NCBI GenBank assembly: GCA_039024555.1 | Contig: JBCCQQ010000001.1 | Location: forward strand, 351,979 to 415,978 | Origin: Cyanobacteria bacterium P01_D01_bin.156 | GTDB taxonomy: Bacteria > Cyanobacteriota > Cyanobacteriia > Phormidesmidales > Phormidesmidaceae | Direction of reading: 5' to 3' | Length of the DNA: 64,000 nucleotides | Shown here: piece after piece, positions 54,314 to 64,000 of the stretch | How positions within the stretch are numbered: the first letter of the stretch is position 1 | How the letters are laid out: each line of letters opens with the position of its first letter | Made by a program: the position numbers and the translations under genes | Notes under the pieces: model-generated | What the model was told of the DNA's origin: nothing | The model's database searches: none | What the model saw: only the letters and a program-made list of their open reading frames with translations

Positions 54314-54694
54314 GTTAAAAGACCCTCTAGATCGTTTGCTGTAATTATTGTGTGGCGTCTTAGTCGCGTTACTGATACGGTGCGGATAGCATGTCAAACT
54401 TCCCCGTAGCTTTTGTAACGGCACATGGTTGTCACTAGTTCACTGTAGATTAGATCAGCATTTGAAAGAGCAATCATTATAAATTTACTGCCGTCCTAAA
54501 CCACGTCCAAGGGCAATATTTGCATATCTTCCCAAGGCAGACATCCCATGAACAGTGGATAAACTTGCTATGTAACGGTCTTTGGTCGTTTGTTAGGTTG
54601 TTGACTGAGCGGAAAAATGTAGGGTTTGCAACAACACAGGGGTATCTCCTTTGCTTGGACTATAGTTCTATCAAATCTATTGAAAATGATTAAT

Positions 54695-55201
54695 ATGAAA
54701 CATAAGTCGATTTTGCGTCGTTCTATGAAGCATTTATTTTGGGCTCCAGTGGTATTAGGAATGGCTACTGGGCTAGTGTCTCCTGGCTATGCCGCTGGGG
54801 ATGATAACTATGGAGCATGTGTTGCTGGTTTAACAGGTATTGGTGTGGATGTGGCGCAAGCAGCCGCTAGCTGCGCGGGCACTCGTTCCCCAGGGACTTT
54901 AGGTGAATGCGTTGTGGATATACATGGAGATACGGGAATTGGTGCGTTGGATGCCCTAGAAGGGTGTGAGCGTTCTCGCCGTCCTGATGAGGTGGCAGAC
55001 TGTACTGCGAATATTCATAGTGCTTTGCTAGACCAGCCCTCGGTCAGTGCACTGGAACACTGTAGCCGCAGCGTGATGCCAGAGCGCTATGGCATCTGTG
55101 TGGTTGAAGTGAGCGATGAGGCTGACCTAGGTGTGGATGTTGCTTTGGATCGTTGCATTCGCGCTGGGTATCGTCCGTGGGTAAAAGTCCCCCGTCAGTA
55201 A
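54695..55201 (+). CDS. Secreted Cys-rich repeat hypothetical protein; start uncertain
   Basis: Signal peptide then ~31-aa repeats with paired Cys. Confidence 0.7.
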   Translation: MKHKSILRRSMKHLFWAPVVLGMATGLVSPGYAAGDDNYGACVAGLTGIGVDVAQAAASCAGTRSPGTLGECVVDIHGDTGIGALDALEGCERSRRPDEVADCTANIHSALLDQPSVSALEHCSRSVMPERYGICVVEVSDEADLGVDVALDRCIRAGYRPWVKVPRQ

Positions 55202-55867
55202 CTGCACTTGCTGCTTTTCCCTAAGCAGGTATAGGTCGCGTCATACAGTGTCAGCCCATGACACAGCAGGATAGGGGATTTCCCTATCCTGTTTGGCCTT
55301 TAAAGAGAGTGTTACAAAGTCTTGAAAAGCCTCATGGGGTTTTACAAAAAGATTTTTAGAGTTCAATCAGATGTTTCATCACTGCGAGATTTCATATATT
55401 CTGCGATCGCATCTGCTAGCTTTTGTTCAGGCGTTTTTGAGGGTGGCTCAGCTTGCGTATCTTCCTTAAAGAGAGTTGTTAATGTTAAAGCGCTTAGACC
55501 AAATAGAAGAACTGGGATAAAAGCCATTTTTTATCGACAAATGATTTGCCCTACCATCCTAATGACCAGTTTTAGCTAAGTCTTTTTTGCAAATGACCGT
55601 AGGCTAGAACAGTCAGTATCAGAAATTACATATTGAATTTTGACTGTTCTCTGCCCTAAGGGTGAACTCAAAAAGGGGGCAAAAGCCTTGTATATGGGAA
55701 CTGAGGATATTTAGCAGGTGCATTATGCACTTGATTTTCTACATCCTGGCTAGAGCAATCACCCATCTGCAGTACTACAAAAACGTAATCAAAGCTACAT
55801 TATTTACTGACATATCCATTTTTATCTCTTCGCAAAATTTTAAGGATCGTCTGTTTGGTTCTGCCCT

Positions 55868-57625
55868 TTATTGAGTTAAAGACCATCGACTGGCAATGGG
55901 CATGCGCCAGCCTAGGCCAAAGGCGCGATCGGTTACTTTGAGTACGGGAGGTGCCTGCCGCCGTTTAAATTCGGCACGGCTGAGTAGGTGAATGACTCGA
56001 TTTACCACGTCTTCGGCGTGTCCAGCTGCAATAATGTCAGCAGCAGACTGATGTTGTTGAATTAGACGCTCCAGAATGTCATCAAGAATGTCATAAGGGG
56101 GAAGGGAGTCTTGGTCTACTTGATCTGGACGAAGTTCGGCACTGGGTGGTTTCGTCAGAATGTTGTTAGGGATTATTTCTGTTGTGTTGTCAGTGTTAAT
56201 CAACCCCAGTGCGATATTATGCTGAGCACTCTCGTTAAGCCAGTGGCAGACGCTGTAGACCTTTGTCTTAGGAACATCGGCGATCACCGCGAGGCCGCCA
56301 TTCATATCGCCGTAGAGGGTACAGTAGCCAACGGCCATTTCTGATTTATTACCGGTGGACAGTAGCAAGTGGCCAAACTTATTGGCAATGGCCATAAGTA
56401 GGTTGCCACGAATGCGAGACTGGAGGTTTTCTTCGGTCACACCGGGCTGGGTGCCTGCAAAAAGATCTGTAAAAGTTTGGTCAAAGCCTGCCATGAGATT
56501 GCCAATGGGCAGACTTTGAGTGCCAATACCCAGGTTATGGGCCAGTTTCTCCGCATCGCTGATGGAGTGGTCTGAGCTGTAGGGAGACGGCATTAGCACG
56601 CCAAGCACATTGTCTGGACCTAGGGCCGCTGCTGCGATCGCAGCGACTAACGCCGAATCAATCCCCCCACTAAGGCCAATCACGGCTTTAGTAAAGCCAC
56701 ATTTGCGGCTGTAGTCTTGCACACCTAATACTAGAGCAGACCAAATTTCGGCTTCGGGTGTCTCTAATAAAGGAACAATTTTACCGGGTAACAGATTTTG
56801 TTGTTCCAAGTCATACTCAACCGTCTGTACGCTTGGCGTAAACCCGATGCTCCGAGTCGCTAGATTCCCCTGGCGGTCTATGGCAACGCTGCAGCCGTCA
56901 AAAATTAGGTCGTCGTTGCTGCCCACCTGATTCACATAGACAATGGGGCAATGATGATTTTTTGCAGCGTGGGAAATCATCTGTTCTCGCAGATGTTGTT
57001 TGCCCACTGTAAACGGAGATGCCGATAAATTAACTACTAGGTCCACACCCGTGGCGACAACTTCTGCCGTGGGATTCACTTCATAGGTTCGGTGACCCCA
57101 AAAGTCATCTTCATTCCAAAGATCTTCACAAATGGTGACACCGACATGAAGAACGTCATCCTCCTGCTTTAAGTAAAAGTGATTGGGGGTGGTTCCCGAT
57201 TCAAAGTATCGATCTTCATCAAAAACATCGTAAGTGGGCAATAATCGCTTGTGAAAAACGGTTTTGATACGACTATTTTCCAGCAGTGCCATGCTGTTAT
57301 AGAGAGGCTTTTCTCCCTTTTTGCTAGCCTCCGTATTAGCCTCAGCCAGTCCGACAAGCGCTGTTAAGTCTGGGGGAAGCTCTCTAGCCAGTTGTTCCAC
57401 CGTTGCTTTCATGTGTTGGATAAACCCAGGACGTAGCAAGAGATCCTTGGGAGGGTATCCACACATTGAGAGTTCTGGTGTCAATAGTAGCTGAGCGCCT
57501 TGTTCAGCCGCTATGCGGGCAGCTACTAAAATCTGTTGGGCATTCCCAGGCAGGTCACCAACGGTAGGATTCAGTTGAGCAATAGCAAGTTTCATAATGG
57601 GTGATGGATAAATCAGTTTAGACAA
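55868..57625 (-). CDS. nadE: Glutamine-dependent NAD+ synthetase
   Basis: Nitrilase domain (PEL, KRLLPTYDVFDE, ICEDLW) plus GLSGGIDS, ENLQSRIRG, TGNKSE, PSAELRPDQ. Confidence 0.96.
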   Translation of the reverse strand: MSKLIYPSPIMKLAIAQLNPTVGDLPGNAQQILVAARIAAEQGAQLLLTPELSMCGYPPKDLLLRPGFIQHMKATVEQLARELPPDLTALVGLAEANTEASKKGEKPLYNSMALLENSRIKTVFHKRLLPTYDVFDEDRYFESGTTPNHFYLKQEDDVLHVGVTICEDLWNEDDFWGHRTYEVNPTAEVVATGVDLVVNLSASPFTVGKQHLREQMISHAAKNHHCPIVYVNQVGSNDDLIFDGCSVAIDRQGNLATRSIGFTPSVQTVEYDLEQQNLLPGKIVPLLETPEAEIWSALVLGVQDYSRKCGFTKAVIGLSGGIDSALVAAIAAAALGPDNVLGVLMPSPYSSDHSISDAEKLAHNLGIGTQSLPIGNLMAGFDQTFTDLFAGTQPGVTEENLQSRIRGNLLMAIANKFGHLLLSTGNKSEMAVGYCTLYGDMNGGLAVIADVPKTKVYSVCHWLNESAQHNIALGLINTDNTTEIIPNNILTKPPSAELRPDQVDQDSLPPYDILDDILERLIQQHQSAADIIAAGHAEDVVNRVIHLLSRAEFKRRQAPPVLKVTDRAFGLGWRMPIASRWSLTQ

Positions 57626-58340
57626 ACACCATGGGCTTATCTTTCAGAGGTTCAAATGCTTCCGCATTAAATCGATAGAGGCTAGCAGGACGGCCAGCGC
57701 CTCGGGAGGTTTTAATGCCTGTATCCTTCAAAAAACCGAGCTTTAACAATCGGGTGCGAAAGTTTGAATAATCGGAAAACTCTTCTCCCAGAATGGTGGT
57801 ATACAGCTGATATAGATCGCTGAGGGTAAACATTTCTGGCAGGACATCAAAGGCCACAGGACTATATTTCACCTTGTTGCGTAGACGCATGGTGCCATAG
57901 GTGAGAATCTCTTGGTGGTCAAAGGCGAGATCGGGCAGCTGATTGAGGGGATACCAGGCAATTCCACTGACGCCATCAGCAATCAGCTCGGCCTCGGCAA
58001 AGCGCACCAAGGCAAAATAGCTGACTGATAAATAACGGATATTGTAAGCATTTTCAGCTTCTCGTGGGTCCCGCTTTGGGCCACCAAAGGAATAAAGCTG
58101 TTCTACATAGAGATTGTTAACTCGAATCTTTTCCGATAGCACTCGGTAAGAGGCTGTTTCTAGGGATTCTCCCTGGCGCACTAGGGTACCGGGCAGGGAC
58201 CATTGACCAATGAAGGGCTCCTCATGACGCATCACCAACAGCACCAACAGCCGATCTTGCTCGGTATCTACCGAAAAAATGACATTATCAATACCCACCT
58301 TAAAGTCGGCTAGGGGGTGGTCTGGTTGTTTTGCGGGCAT
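57618..58340 (-). CDS. nrtR: NrtR transcriptional regulator (Nudix + winged helix)
   Basis: WSLPGTLV, EQLYSFGGPKRDPR, LAFDH, SNFR, GAGRPASLYRF. Confidence 0.9.
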   Translation of the reverse strand: MPAKQPDHPLADFKVGIDNVIFSVDTEQDRLLVLLVMRHEEPFIGQWSLPGTLVRQGESLETASYRVLSEKIRVNNLYVEQLYSFGGPKRDPREAENAYNIRYLSVSYFALVRFAEAELIADGVSGIAWYPLNQLPDLAFDHQEILTYGTMRLRNKVKYSPVAFDVLPEMFTLSDLYQLYTTILGEEFSDYSNFRTRLLKLGFLKDTGIKTSRGAGRPASLYRFNAEAFEPLKDKPMVFV

Positions 58341-58957
58341 GGGTAGAGGTTGTGTTGACGAATGTAGGCTTTTACAACAGCGGGAATTTCGTTGGGGTGT
58401 TCTGGACACCCTTGACGCAGCGTGCTTGACGAGATGTGATGCTGACTCAAGGGTGTTGCGATCGCAACCTCAGCGCCATGATTTCTGAGTTCTTGTAGAT
58501 CTGATTCCTGTAAGCCATAGCCTGGCCGAGGAAACACCAAAATATTTGCCCAGCGCATAACATCCGCTGAGCGATACCAGTGGGGGAGATGTTTGATCAA
58601 ATCGGCCCCAATCACAAACGTAAACTTGGCCTTGGGCCAAATCCGTTGAGCCCGCTCCAGAGTCACCGCTGTATACGGATGACTCAGCTCGCGGTGAAGT
58701 TGGACGGTGCCCGGCGTGCGTAAATCTGCAATCGCCAGCTCCAGCATATCCATACGCATCTCAATGGGAGACTGATCCGTTTTCCAAGGATTATCCGATG
58801 CCCAGACGGCGACATAGTCAAACTGATGTCCTAGGGTAGCCACAATACTACGGTGCCCGTTGTGGGGGGGATCGGCACTGGTGCCAAACAGTGCCACATG
58901 GGTTGTTTTGACAGGAGGAGTGCTCACGGATAGTTCTGGAGTAGAAAGATGTCCCAT
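58310..58957 (-). CDS. nadD: Nicotinate-nucleotide adenylyltransferase (likely start 58957)
   Basis: LFGTSADPPHNGH, IGADL, PRPGY, ISSSTLR. Confidence 0.9.
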   Translation of the reverse strand: MGHLSTPELSVSTPPVKTTHVALFGTSADPPHNGHRSIVATLGHQFDYVAVWASDNPWKTDQSPIEMRMDMLELAIADLRTPGTVQLHRELSHPYTAVTLERAQRIWPKAKFTFVIGADLIKHLPHWYRSADVMRWANILVFPRPGYGLQESDLQELRNHGAEVAIATPLSQHHISSSTLRQGCPEHPNEIPAVVKAYIRQHNLYPCPQNNQTTP

Positions 58958-59045
58958 GGAGAGTCTTGCCGTTGTTAACTTAAGGGTGGTTAATCTTTTT
59001 AAATAAGCGATGGAGCAAGCGCTGGTGGATGAAATCGTTGTTATT

Positions 59046-60383
59046 TCACAGTAGGGAGTGACCACGGCGGGTGGCATCTGTCAGGTGCTCTAGAGCCGGG
59101 GAAATGTGTGCTTTGGGAACCACTGGGCTGATCACATCTCTCACATCTAGTGGTAGTCGGGTGACTGATTGAGTCGTGCGATCGCGAATTTTCTCTAAGC
59201 CATCATCCGCCATTAGGCGCTGTCCATCTCGCATCACGGGTATTAATAATCCTTCAGCGTTTGGGGGAGCAGCTTCCGTAGCGAGACCTAGCTGATCTCC
59301 TTGGGGGGAGCGAAAAATTTGCTTACGTCCCGGATAGGTCAGCTTGCCGCTGGCTTCTTTCATCACGGGGATGCTATCAATTTCCGCTAACTTATACACC
59401 CCATTGACGGGGCTGCCGGTCACCAGCTTAGTGCCCAAGCCATAGCCATCGATGCAGGCTCCAGCCTTTTTCAAGCGTAAAATCTCCCATTCATCCAAAT
59501 CCCCGCTGGCAAAAATAGGAATTCCAGGCAGTTCCTGACGTACCTGTTGGGACAGGGTGGCTAAATCCCCTGAATCTAGACGGATACCGGCCAAAGCCTC
59601 CGGCACGTTTTGTCCCAGCATTTTTGCGGCTGCCATGGTGTCATAGGTATCAATCAACAGCGCCGCTCCCGGAAAATAACGGTGAAACGCTTCAAATGAG
59701 TCTGCTTCGCTACCTTCTAGGGCCGTAATCGCCATCACCAGCGCATGGGCCATGGTACCCACCGGGTTGCGGCCTAATTTAAGGGCCGCCAACACGTTAG
59801 ATGTGGCATCCAATCCCCCGGCTAATGCCGCCCTCGCTGCCCACAGTGCAGCTTGGGGACTAAAGGCCCGTCGGGTACCAAATTCCAGCAGTTTAGCCTC
59901 TGGTCCCGCCACATCCCGCAGGCGCGCCGCGCGGGTGGCAATCAGAGTCTGATAATTAATAGCATTTAGCAAATAGGTTTCGACAATCTGGGCCTGCCAC
60001 AGGGGAGCCTCTACCCGCAGCATGGGCTCATTGGCAAAGATGGCGGTGCCTTCTGGTACCGCCCAAACATCCCCAGAGAATTGCCCGGACTCCAAGAGTT
60101 GCCAAAACTCATCGGGGGCACCTGCAAATATGCCCGTTGCCTGCAGCGCGGCCAGCTGCTCAGATGTGAAGCAAAACTTTTCTAAGTAATCTAGGGCAGA
60201 GGCTAGACCAGCTGCAATTAGGTAGCCAAATCCTTCCGGCAATCGACGCACAAACAGTTCAAAGCTGGCTCGACGTTGGTCTAAGCCCTCACCCACGTAG
60301 CAGGCAGCCATGGTCAGCTGATACAAGTCGGTCAGCAGCCCATATTCATCAGACTGCATTAACAAGGCGGCATCGTCTCTCAT
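59046..60383 (-). CDS. pncB: Nicotinate phosphoribosyltransferase
   Basis: LLTDLYQLTM, LEFGTRRA, GTMAH, LIDTYDT, IRLDSGD, ASGDLDE. Confidence 0.95.
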   Translation of the reverse strand: MRDDAALLMQSDEYGLLTDLYQLTMAACYVGEGLDQRRASFELFVRRLPEGFGYLIAAGLASALDYLEKFCFTSEQLAALQATGIFAGAPDEFWQLLESGQFSGDVWAVPEGTAIFANEPMLRVEAPLWQAQIVETYLLNAINYQTLIATRAARLRDVAGPEAKLLEFGTRRAFSPQAALWAARAALAGGLDATSNVLAALKLGRNPVGTMAHALVMAITALEGSEADSFEAFHRYFPGAALLIDTYDTMAAAKMLGQNVPEALAGIRLDSGDLATLSQQVRQELPGIPIFASGDLDEWEILRLKKAGACIDGYGLGTKLVTGSPVNGVYKLAEIDSIPVMKEASGKLTYPGRKQIFRSPQGDQLGLATEAAPPNAEGLLIPVMRDGQRLMADDGLEKIRDRTTQSVTRLPLDVRDVISPVVPKAHISPALEHLTDATRRGHSLL

Positions 60384-60400
60384 GGGAAATCATCCTATGG

Positions 60401-60421
60401 TTATGGTTAATATAACCAAAA
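60401..60421. promoter_or_regulatory. NrtR operator
   Basis: 21-bp TTATGGTTAATATAACCAAAA with GT-N7-AC core, 17 nt upstream of pncB. Confidence 0.75.
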
Positions 60422-60828
60422 TTAAAAAGGAGATTTCGGATGTTTTACAAATTTATACCCAATCTGCATAAGCGATAAGTTTGGGTTATGTCGGAAACCA
60501 TCGGGAAAAAGGGTAAAGGTTAAGGATTAGCCTATCCTAGGCTAAAACTTTCTAAAATATATGTGGAGAGGTTAAACGTAGCCCGGGACCTGCTAATCTC
60601 TGATCTAGGTGGGTGGATGCTGGCAAAGGCTGATGTCAATCACAGGTTTATGTTTATAGCTACCAAAATATTCCATACTGATTGAGATCGCGCCCCTGTT
60701 TCTCCCTTTCTCCGTTTCGCTTTTTTACGCCCCCTTCCCTTTCTCAAATCGCGTTCCTGCCCCAGGCCCTTCCCCAGGCGATGATTAGAAAGATATCCTT
60801 AAAATAATATTCATCTATTTCTCCCTCC

Positions 60829-61713
60829 ATGGCTCAGTCTTCGCCCACTGTCGAACCTACGTGGAAAACGGTTATCCGGCTCATGCGTTGGGATAAACCC
60901 ACAGGTCGTCTGATTCTGATGATTCCGGCGCTGTGGGCTCTGTTTGTAGCGGCTGAGGGGAAGCCTGACGCACTGCTACTGGTGGTGATTATTCTGGGCA
61001 GTCTGGCCACCAGTGCGGGTGGATGCGTCGTCAATGACCTTTGGGATCGGGATATTGATCCTCAAGTAGAGCGTACGCGCAGTCGTCCCCTGGCATCACG
61101 AGCATTAACAGTGAAAACTGCGATTGTGATAGCTGTCATTGCTTTTCTCTGTGCGATTGGGTTTGCCCTATATCTAAATCCGCTAAGCATTTTGTTATGT
61201 GTCTTGGCTTCGCCGGTAATTATTCTCTATCCCTTGGCCAAGCGTGTTTTTCCGGTGCCTCAGCTGGTGTTAGCGATTGCTTGGGGGTTTGCGGTGTTGA
61301 TTCCTTGGAGTGCTGTTACCCGTAGTTTAGATGTGGCGGCTTGGCTGTTGTGGGGGGCAACGGTGCTGTGGACTTTGGGATTTGATACGGTCTATGCGAT
61401 TCCGGATCGTAAATATGATGAGCAGGTGGGGGTGAAGTCTAGCGCTCGCTTTTTTGGTCGGAATACGCCCCAAGTTGTTGGATTGTTGTTTATGGGGACG
61501 GCCATATTGTTGTTATGGCTAGGAGTGTATGAGGCATTGGGAGCGGCTTATATTGTTACCTGGGCCATTGCCTGTGGGTTTTGGTTTACCCATTTTCGGA
61601 AGTTGCGCAATCCGAGGCAGCCTGCCCATGTGTATGGTCAGATTTTTCGTGAAAATGTGATTCTTGGATTTGTTTTGTTGAGCGGTATGATTATCGGCTC
61701 TTTAGTGGGTTGA
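60829..61713 (+). CDS. ubiA: 4-hydroxybenzoate solanesyltransferase (UbiA family; plastoquinone synthesis)
   Basis: RWDKPTGRLIL, NDLWDRDIDPQVERTRSRPLAS, FDTVYA. Confidence 0.93.
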   Translation: MAQSSPTVEPTWKTVIRLMRWDKPTGRLILMIPALWALFVAAEGKPDALLLVVIILGSLATSAGGCVVNDLWDRDIDPQVERTRSRPLASRALTVKTAIVIAVIAFLCAIGFALYLNPLSILLCVLASPVIILYPLAKRVFPVPQLVLAIAWGFAVLIPWSAVTRSLDVAAWLLWGATVLWTLGFDTVYAIPDRKYDEQVGVKSSARFFGRNTPQVVGLLFMGTAILLLWLGVYEALGAAYIVTWAIACGFWFTHFRKLRNPRQPAHVYGQIFRENVILGFVLLSGMIIGSLVG

Positions 61714-61775
61714 TGCGGTCTGGGTAAAAGGGAAAAGGTGCATAATAGGGTAAGTATGTTTCTAAGGGTAATGCC

Positions 61776-62411
61776 ATGGTGCAAACGCCTCCCATACCCC
61801 AGGTCCTTTACCCTGATTCAGACGGGAATCCAATGGCCGATAATACGTTGCAATATCGCTGGATTGTCTGTTTAGTTACTAATCTGAAGCACTTGTTAAA
61901 AGATAAAACGGCCTTTGTAGCAGGTGATCTGCTTTGGTATCCGGTTCAAGTGGAGGCTCCACCTGCCCCCTGTCAGGCACCTGATGTGATGGTGGTTTTA
62001 GGACGCCCGAATGGTGAACGGGGTAGTTATAAGCAATGGCAAGAAGATAATCTTGCACCCCAGGTAGTGTTTGAGATTATTTCTCCTAGCAACAGCGCCC
62101 CAGAAATGCTTGCCAAGCAAAGATTTTATGGTGAGCATGGTGTTTTAGAAATGTTTTTCTATGATCCGGAGTCCTATGAGTTTTGGGGGCTAGTCCGTCA
62201 GGGGAAAGAGGAGTCATTCTCTCCAATTACAGTATTGAATTTTCCTTGGGTTTCGCCACTCCTGAATATTCAGTTTCAGATGTTTGAGGACGGTTTAGCT
62301 GTTTTTTATCCGAATGGTGAACGCTTTAAAGAACCGGGAGAGTTTATTCAGGAACGTGATCGAGCCTTTGCAAAGCTGCGTGAGTTGGGCATAGACCCCA
62401 GTGAGCTTTGA
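61776..62411 (+). CDS. Uma2 family (DUF820) endonuclease-like protein
   Basis: YPDSDGNPMADN, APDVMVV, PQVVFEIISPSN. Confidence 0.9.
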   Translation: MVQTPPIPQVLYPDSDGNPMADNTLQYRWIVCLVTNLKHLLKDKTAFVAGDLLWYPVQVEAPPAPCQAPDVMVVLGRPNGERGSYKQWQEDNLAPQVVFEIISPSNSAPEMLAKQRFYGEHGVLEMFFYDPESYEFWGLVRQGKEESFSPITVLNFPWVSPLLNIQFQMFEDGLAVFYPNGERFKEPGEFIQERDRAFAKLRELGIDPSEL

Positions 62412-62464
62412 TATGGTGGTAATCCTTGCCATTGGGCTAGAAAACTTGGCATAGGGTTTATCAT

Positions 62465-63118
62465 TTGTGTATGTCCTCTATCAAACGTGTTGGACGCAGA
62501 GATATGATTGCCATCGCACCGATTAGATCCTGGCCAGATGGCTCGGTAGCAACCATCCCTATGGATTGGTCAGAGTATGTGCAATTGGTCACTAACCGAG
62601 GCGACCATAGTATTCCGCGTTTGAAATACGCCAATGGTTATTTAACTCTCAAGATGCCCACATTTGAGCATGGACAGTTGGATGCAATTATTGTTGATTT
62701 AATTGTTGCTATCCTTAATCAGCAGTTGCGCGATTATATCCATACGACACCGGTCACGTTACAGGTGCCTGAGCAGGCAGGCATTGAACCGGATCACTGT
62801 TTTTGGCTAAGTAATTGGGCAGCGGTCAATGGTAAACGACGTATTGATCTGGCTACGGACCCACCACCAGATATTGTGGTTGAGGTGGATGTTACCAACT
62901 TTACGAATATTGCTGACTATCTTCCTTTTAATGTGGCTGAAGTATGGCTGCTACGGGGAGAGAGTTTGGAGATTTTTGGGCTGACATCTGAGGGATATAT
63001 TAAGACTGGGGTGAGTCAGTTTTTTCCTAATGTTGCGATGTCTGGGCTCTATCAGCAGGTGATAGCAGCAATTGCTGATGGTTCAAGCCCTCCAAGAGCA
63101 ATTCGTTCTGTCATTTAA
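62465..63118 (+). CDS. Uma2 family (DUF820) endonuclease-like protein; start may be 62504
   Basis: MPTFEH, GIEPDHCF, PPPDIVVEVDVT, EVW. Confidence 0.88.
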   Translation: MCMSSIKRVGRRDMIAIAPIRSWPDGSVATIPMDWSEYVQLVTNRGDHSIPRLKYANGYLTLKMPTFEHGQLDAIIVDLIVAILNQQLRDYIHTTPVTLQVPEQAGIEPDHCFWLSNWAAVNGKRRIDLATDPPPDIVVEVDVTNFTNIADYLPFNVAEVWLLRGESLEIFGLTSEGYIKTGVSQFFPNVAMSGLYQQVIAAIADGSSPPRAIRSVI

Positions 63119-63228
63119 CAGACAATAAAGGCACTCTAATCACTGCTCTTCCTCATTCTCCTTTCTCTCTCCCCCTTTGACCTTTTTCCATACCGTCAGG
63201 CATCTTTGCCTTTCCCCCCTATTGGTCT

Positions 63229-63591
63229 TTATCTTCTCGCAGAAGAGAAGTACTTCTTTAAATCGTTGTTGCCGATGAGGTAGGCCATGATGATGCAACA
63301 TAGGATGGCCATGGCGACGCTGCCGACAGAAAGCACAATGGATAGCTGACTGCTGAGGGCGGCGAGTAGGCCAACGAGGGCAACAACGACAAGACTTAAA
63401 ATACTAACGAGCATCCATTTTGCCCAGCGGTGGCCTTGGAGGACAAAGTACATAATGATGGCGGTGAAGATGATGCGGCCGATGGCCCAGAGGTCTTTGG
63501 AGAGGTAGATTAGGAGGGCGTCTAGGATTAAAAGAGCTACAAAGAGGGAGAGGAGAGTTTTTTGGGGTTGGGGGGTGGATGGGGATGGCAT
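63229..63591 (-). CDS. Small hypothetical membrane protein
   Basis: GGAG-like RBS; about 4 TM segments. Confidence 0.7.
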   Translation of the reverse strand: MPSPSTPQPQKTLLSLFVALLILDALLIYLSKDLWAIGRIIFTAIIMYFVLQGHRWAKWMLVSILSLVVVALVGLLAALSSQLSIVLSVGSVAMAILCCIIMAYLIGNNDLKKYFSSARR

Positions 63592-63750
63592 GGTTTATGG
63601 GAGGGTAGATGAAGGTTTTTGATGGTGGGGAAGGGGGAAAGGTGAAGGGTGATTATTTGTTGCTATTTCCTCATAGGAGTAAGGATGTTCCTTTACCCTT
63701 TTTACCCTGCCCCCTTTCTCCCCTTAGTCTTTGACGATAATTAAAGTGTT

Positions 63751-64000
63751 TTATCCATTAATCCAATCGAGCAACCGACCGAATAATCTGTCTTGTAGTG
63801 GATTGTTGTAGGGTAAATAGTCTTGGCAAATCTCTTCTTCTTCAGCAATTCTTCTGCCATCTGAGTTGTGAGTTAAATATGCCCCTAGCCAATCACAGCT
63901 CCTAGCGATTAAGCTATCTAAATTTCGATCCCAGAGTTTGACGCTGTTGTCGAAACTGCCGGAGGCAATGGTGTTTCCGTCCGGGCTGAAGGCCACACTC
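63751..64000 (-). CDS. C-terminal end of a WD40-repeat protein (runs off the window)
   Basis: VAFSPDGNTIASGSFDNSVKLWD; LIARSCDWL..YL tail typical of cyanobacterial WD40 proteins. Confidence 0.85.
   Translation of the reverse strand, partial: SVAFSPDGNTIASGSFDNSVKLWDRNLDSLIARSCDWLGAYLTHNSDGRRIAEEEEICQDYLPYNNPLQDRLFGRLLDWING

Noticed and set aside
54314..54424. N-terminal extension of dxs in the ORF track
   Set aside because: The conserved cyanobacterial Dxs N-terminus begins at MHLSEI (54313).
61776..63118. Tandem Uma2 nucleases as a defence system
   Set aside because: Uma2/DUF820 genes are highly expanded in cyanobacteria; no methylase or other defence partner is adjacent.

Overview
Chromosomal window from a cyanobacterium: it carries HIP1 GCGATCGC octamers, petM, cpcG, ycf39, ycf46, hik2 and tftA. 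A filamentous Leptolyngbya-like lineage is an inference. Most of the window is housekeeping: pntAB, the rpmH-rnpA-yidC-jag cluster, ilvB, cbiX-cobA, dxs, an NrtR-regulated pncB-nadD-nrtR-nadE NAD-salvage operon, and ubiA. The main accessory feature is a ~17 kb integrative island (28607-45622), bounded by a perfect 45-bp duplication of the tRNA-His(GUG) 3' half and carrying a tyrosine integrase. Its cargo looks like a copper-response regulon: five TTTCAY-N5-TTTCAY (CopR-type) boxes at fixed spacing to -10 elements precede a two-component system, an atypical response regulator, a Met/His-rich RND efflux module and a multicopper oxidase. One box also precedes the most unusual unit: an operon of a stand-alone cyanoexosortase-B-like gene, a DUF411 lipoprotein, an island-borne Lgt, a His-tipped secreted protein with a C-terminal sorting-signal-like tail, and a PepSY-TM protein. 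I propose this is a metal-inducible envelope protein lipidation/sorting module. Also notable: an orphan divergent DDGS (mysA-like) cyclase next to a GT-A-like gene, an orphan MerR-type operator, a degenerate ghost att site, and a frameshifted HlyD-family pseudogene. All family assignments are by motif recognition only; no searches were run.
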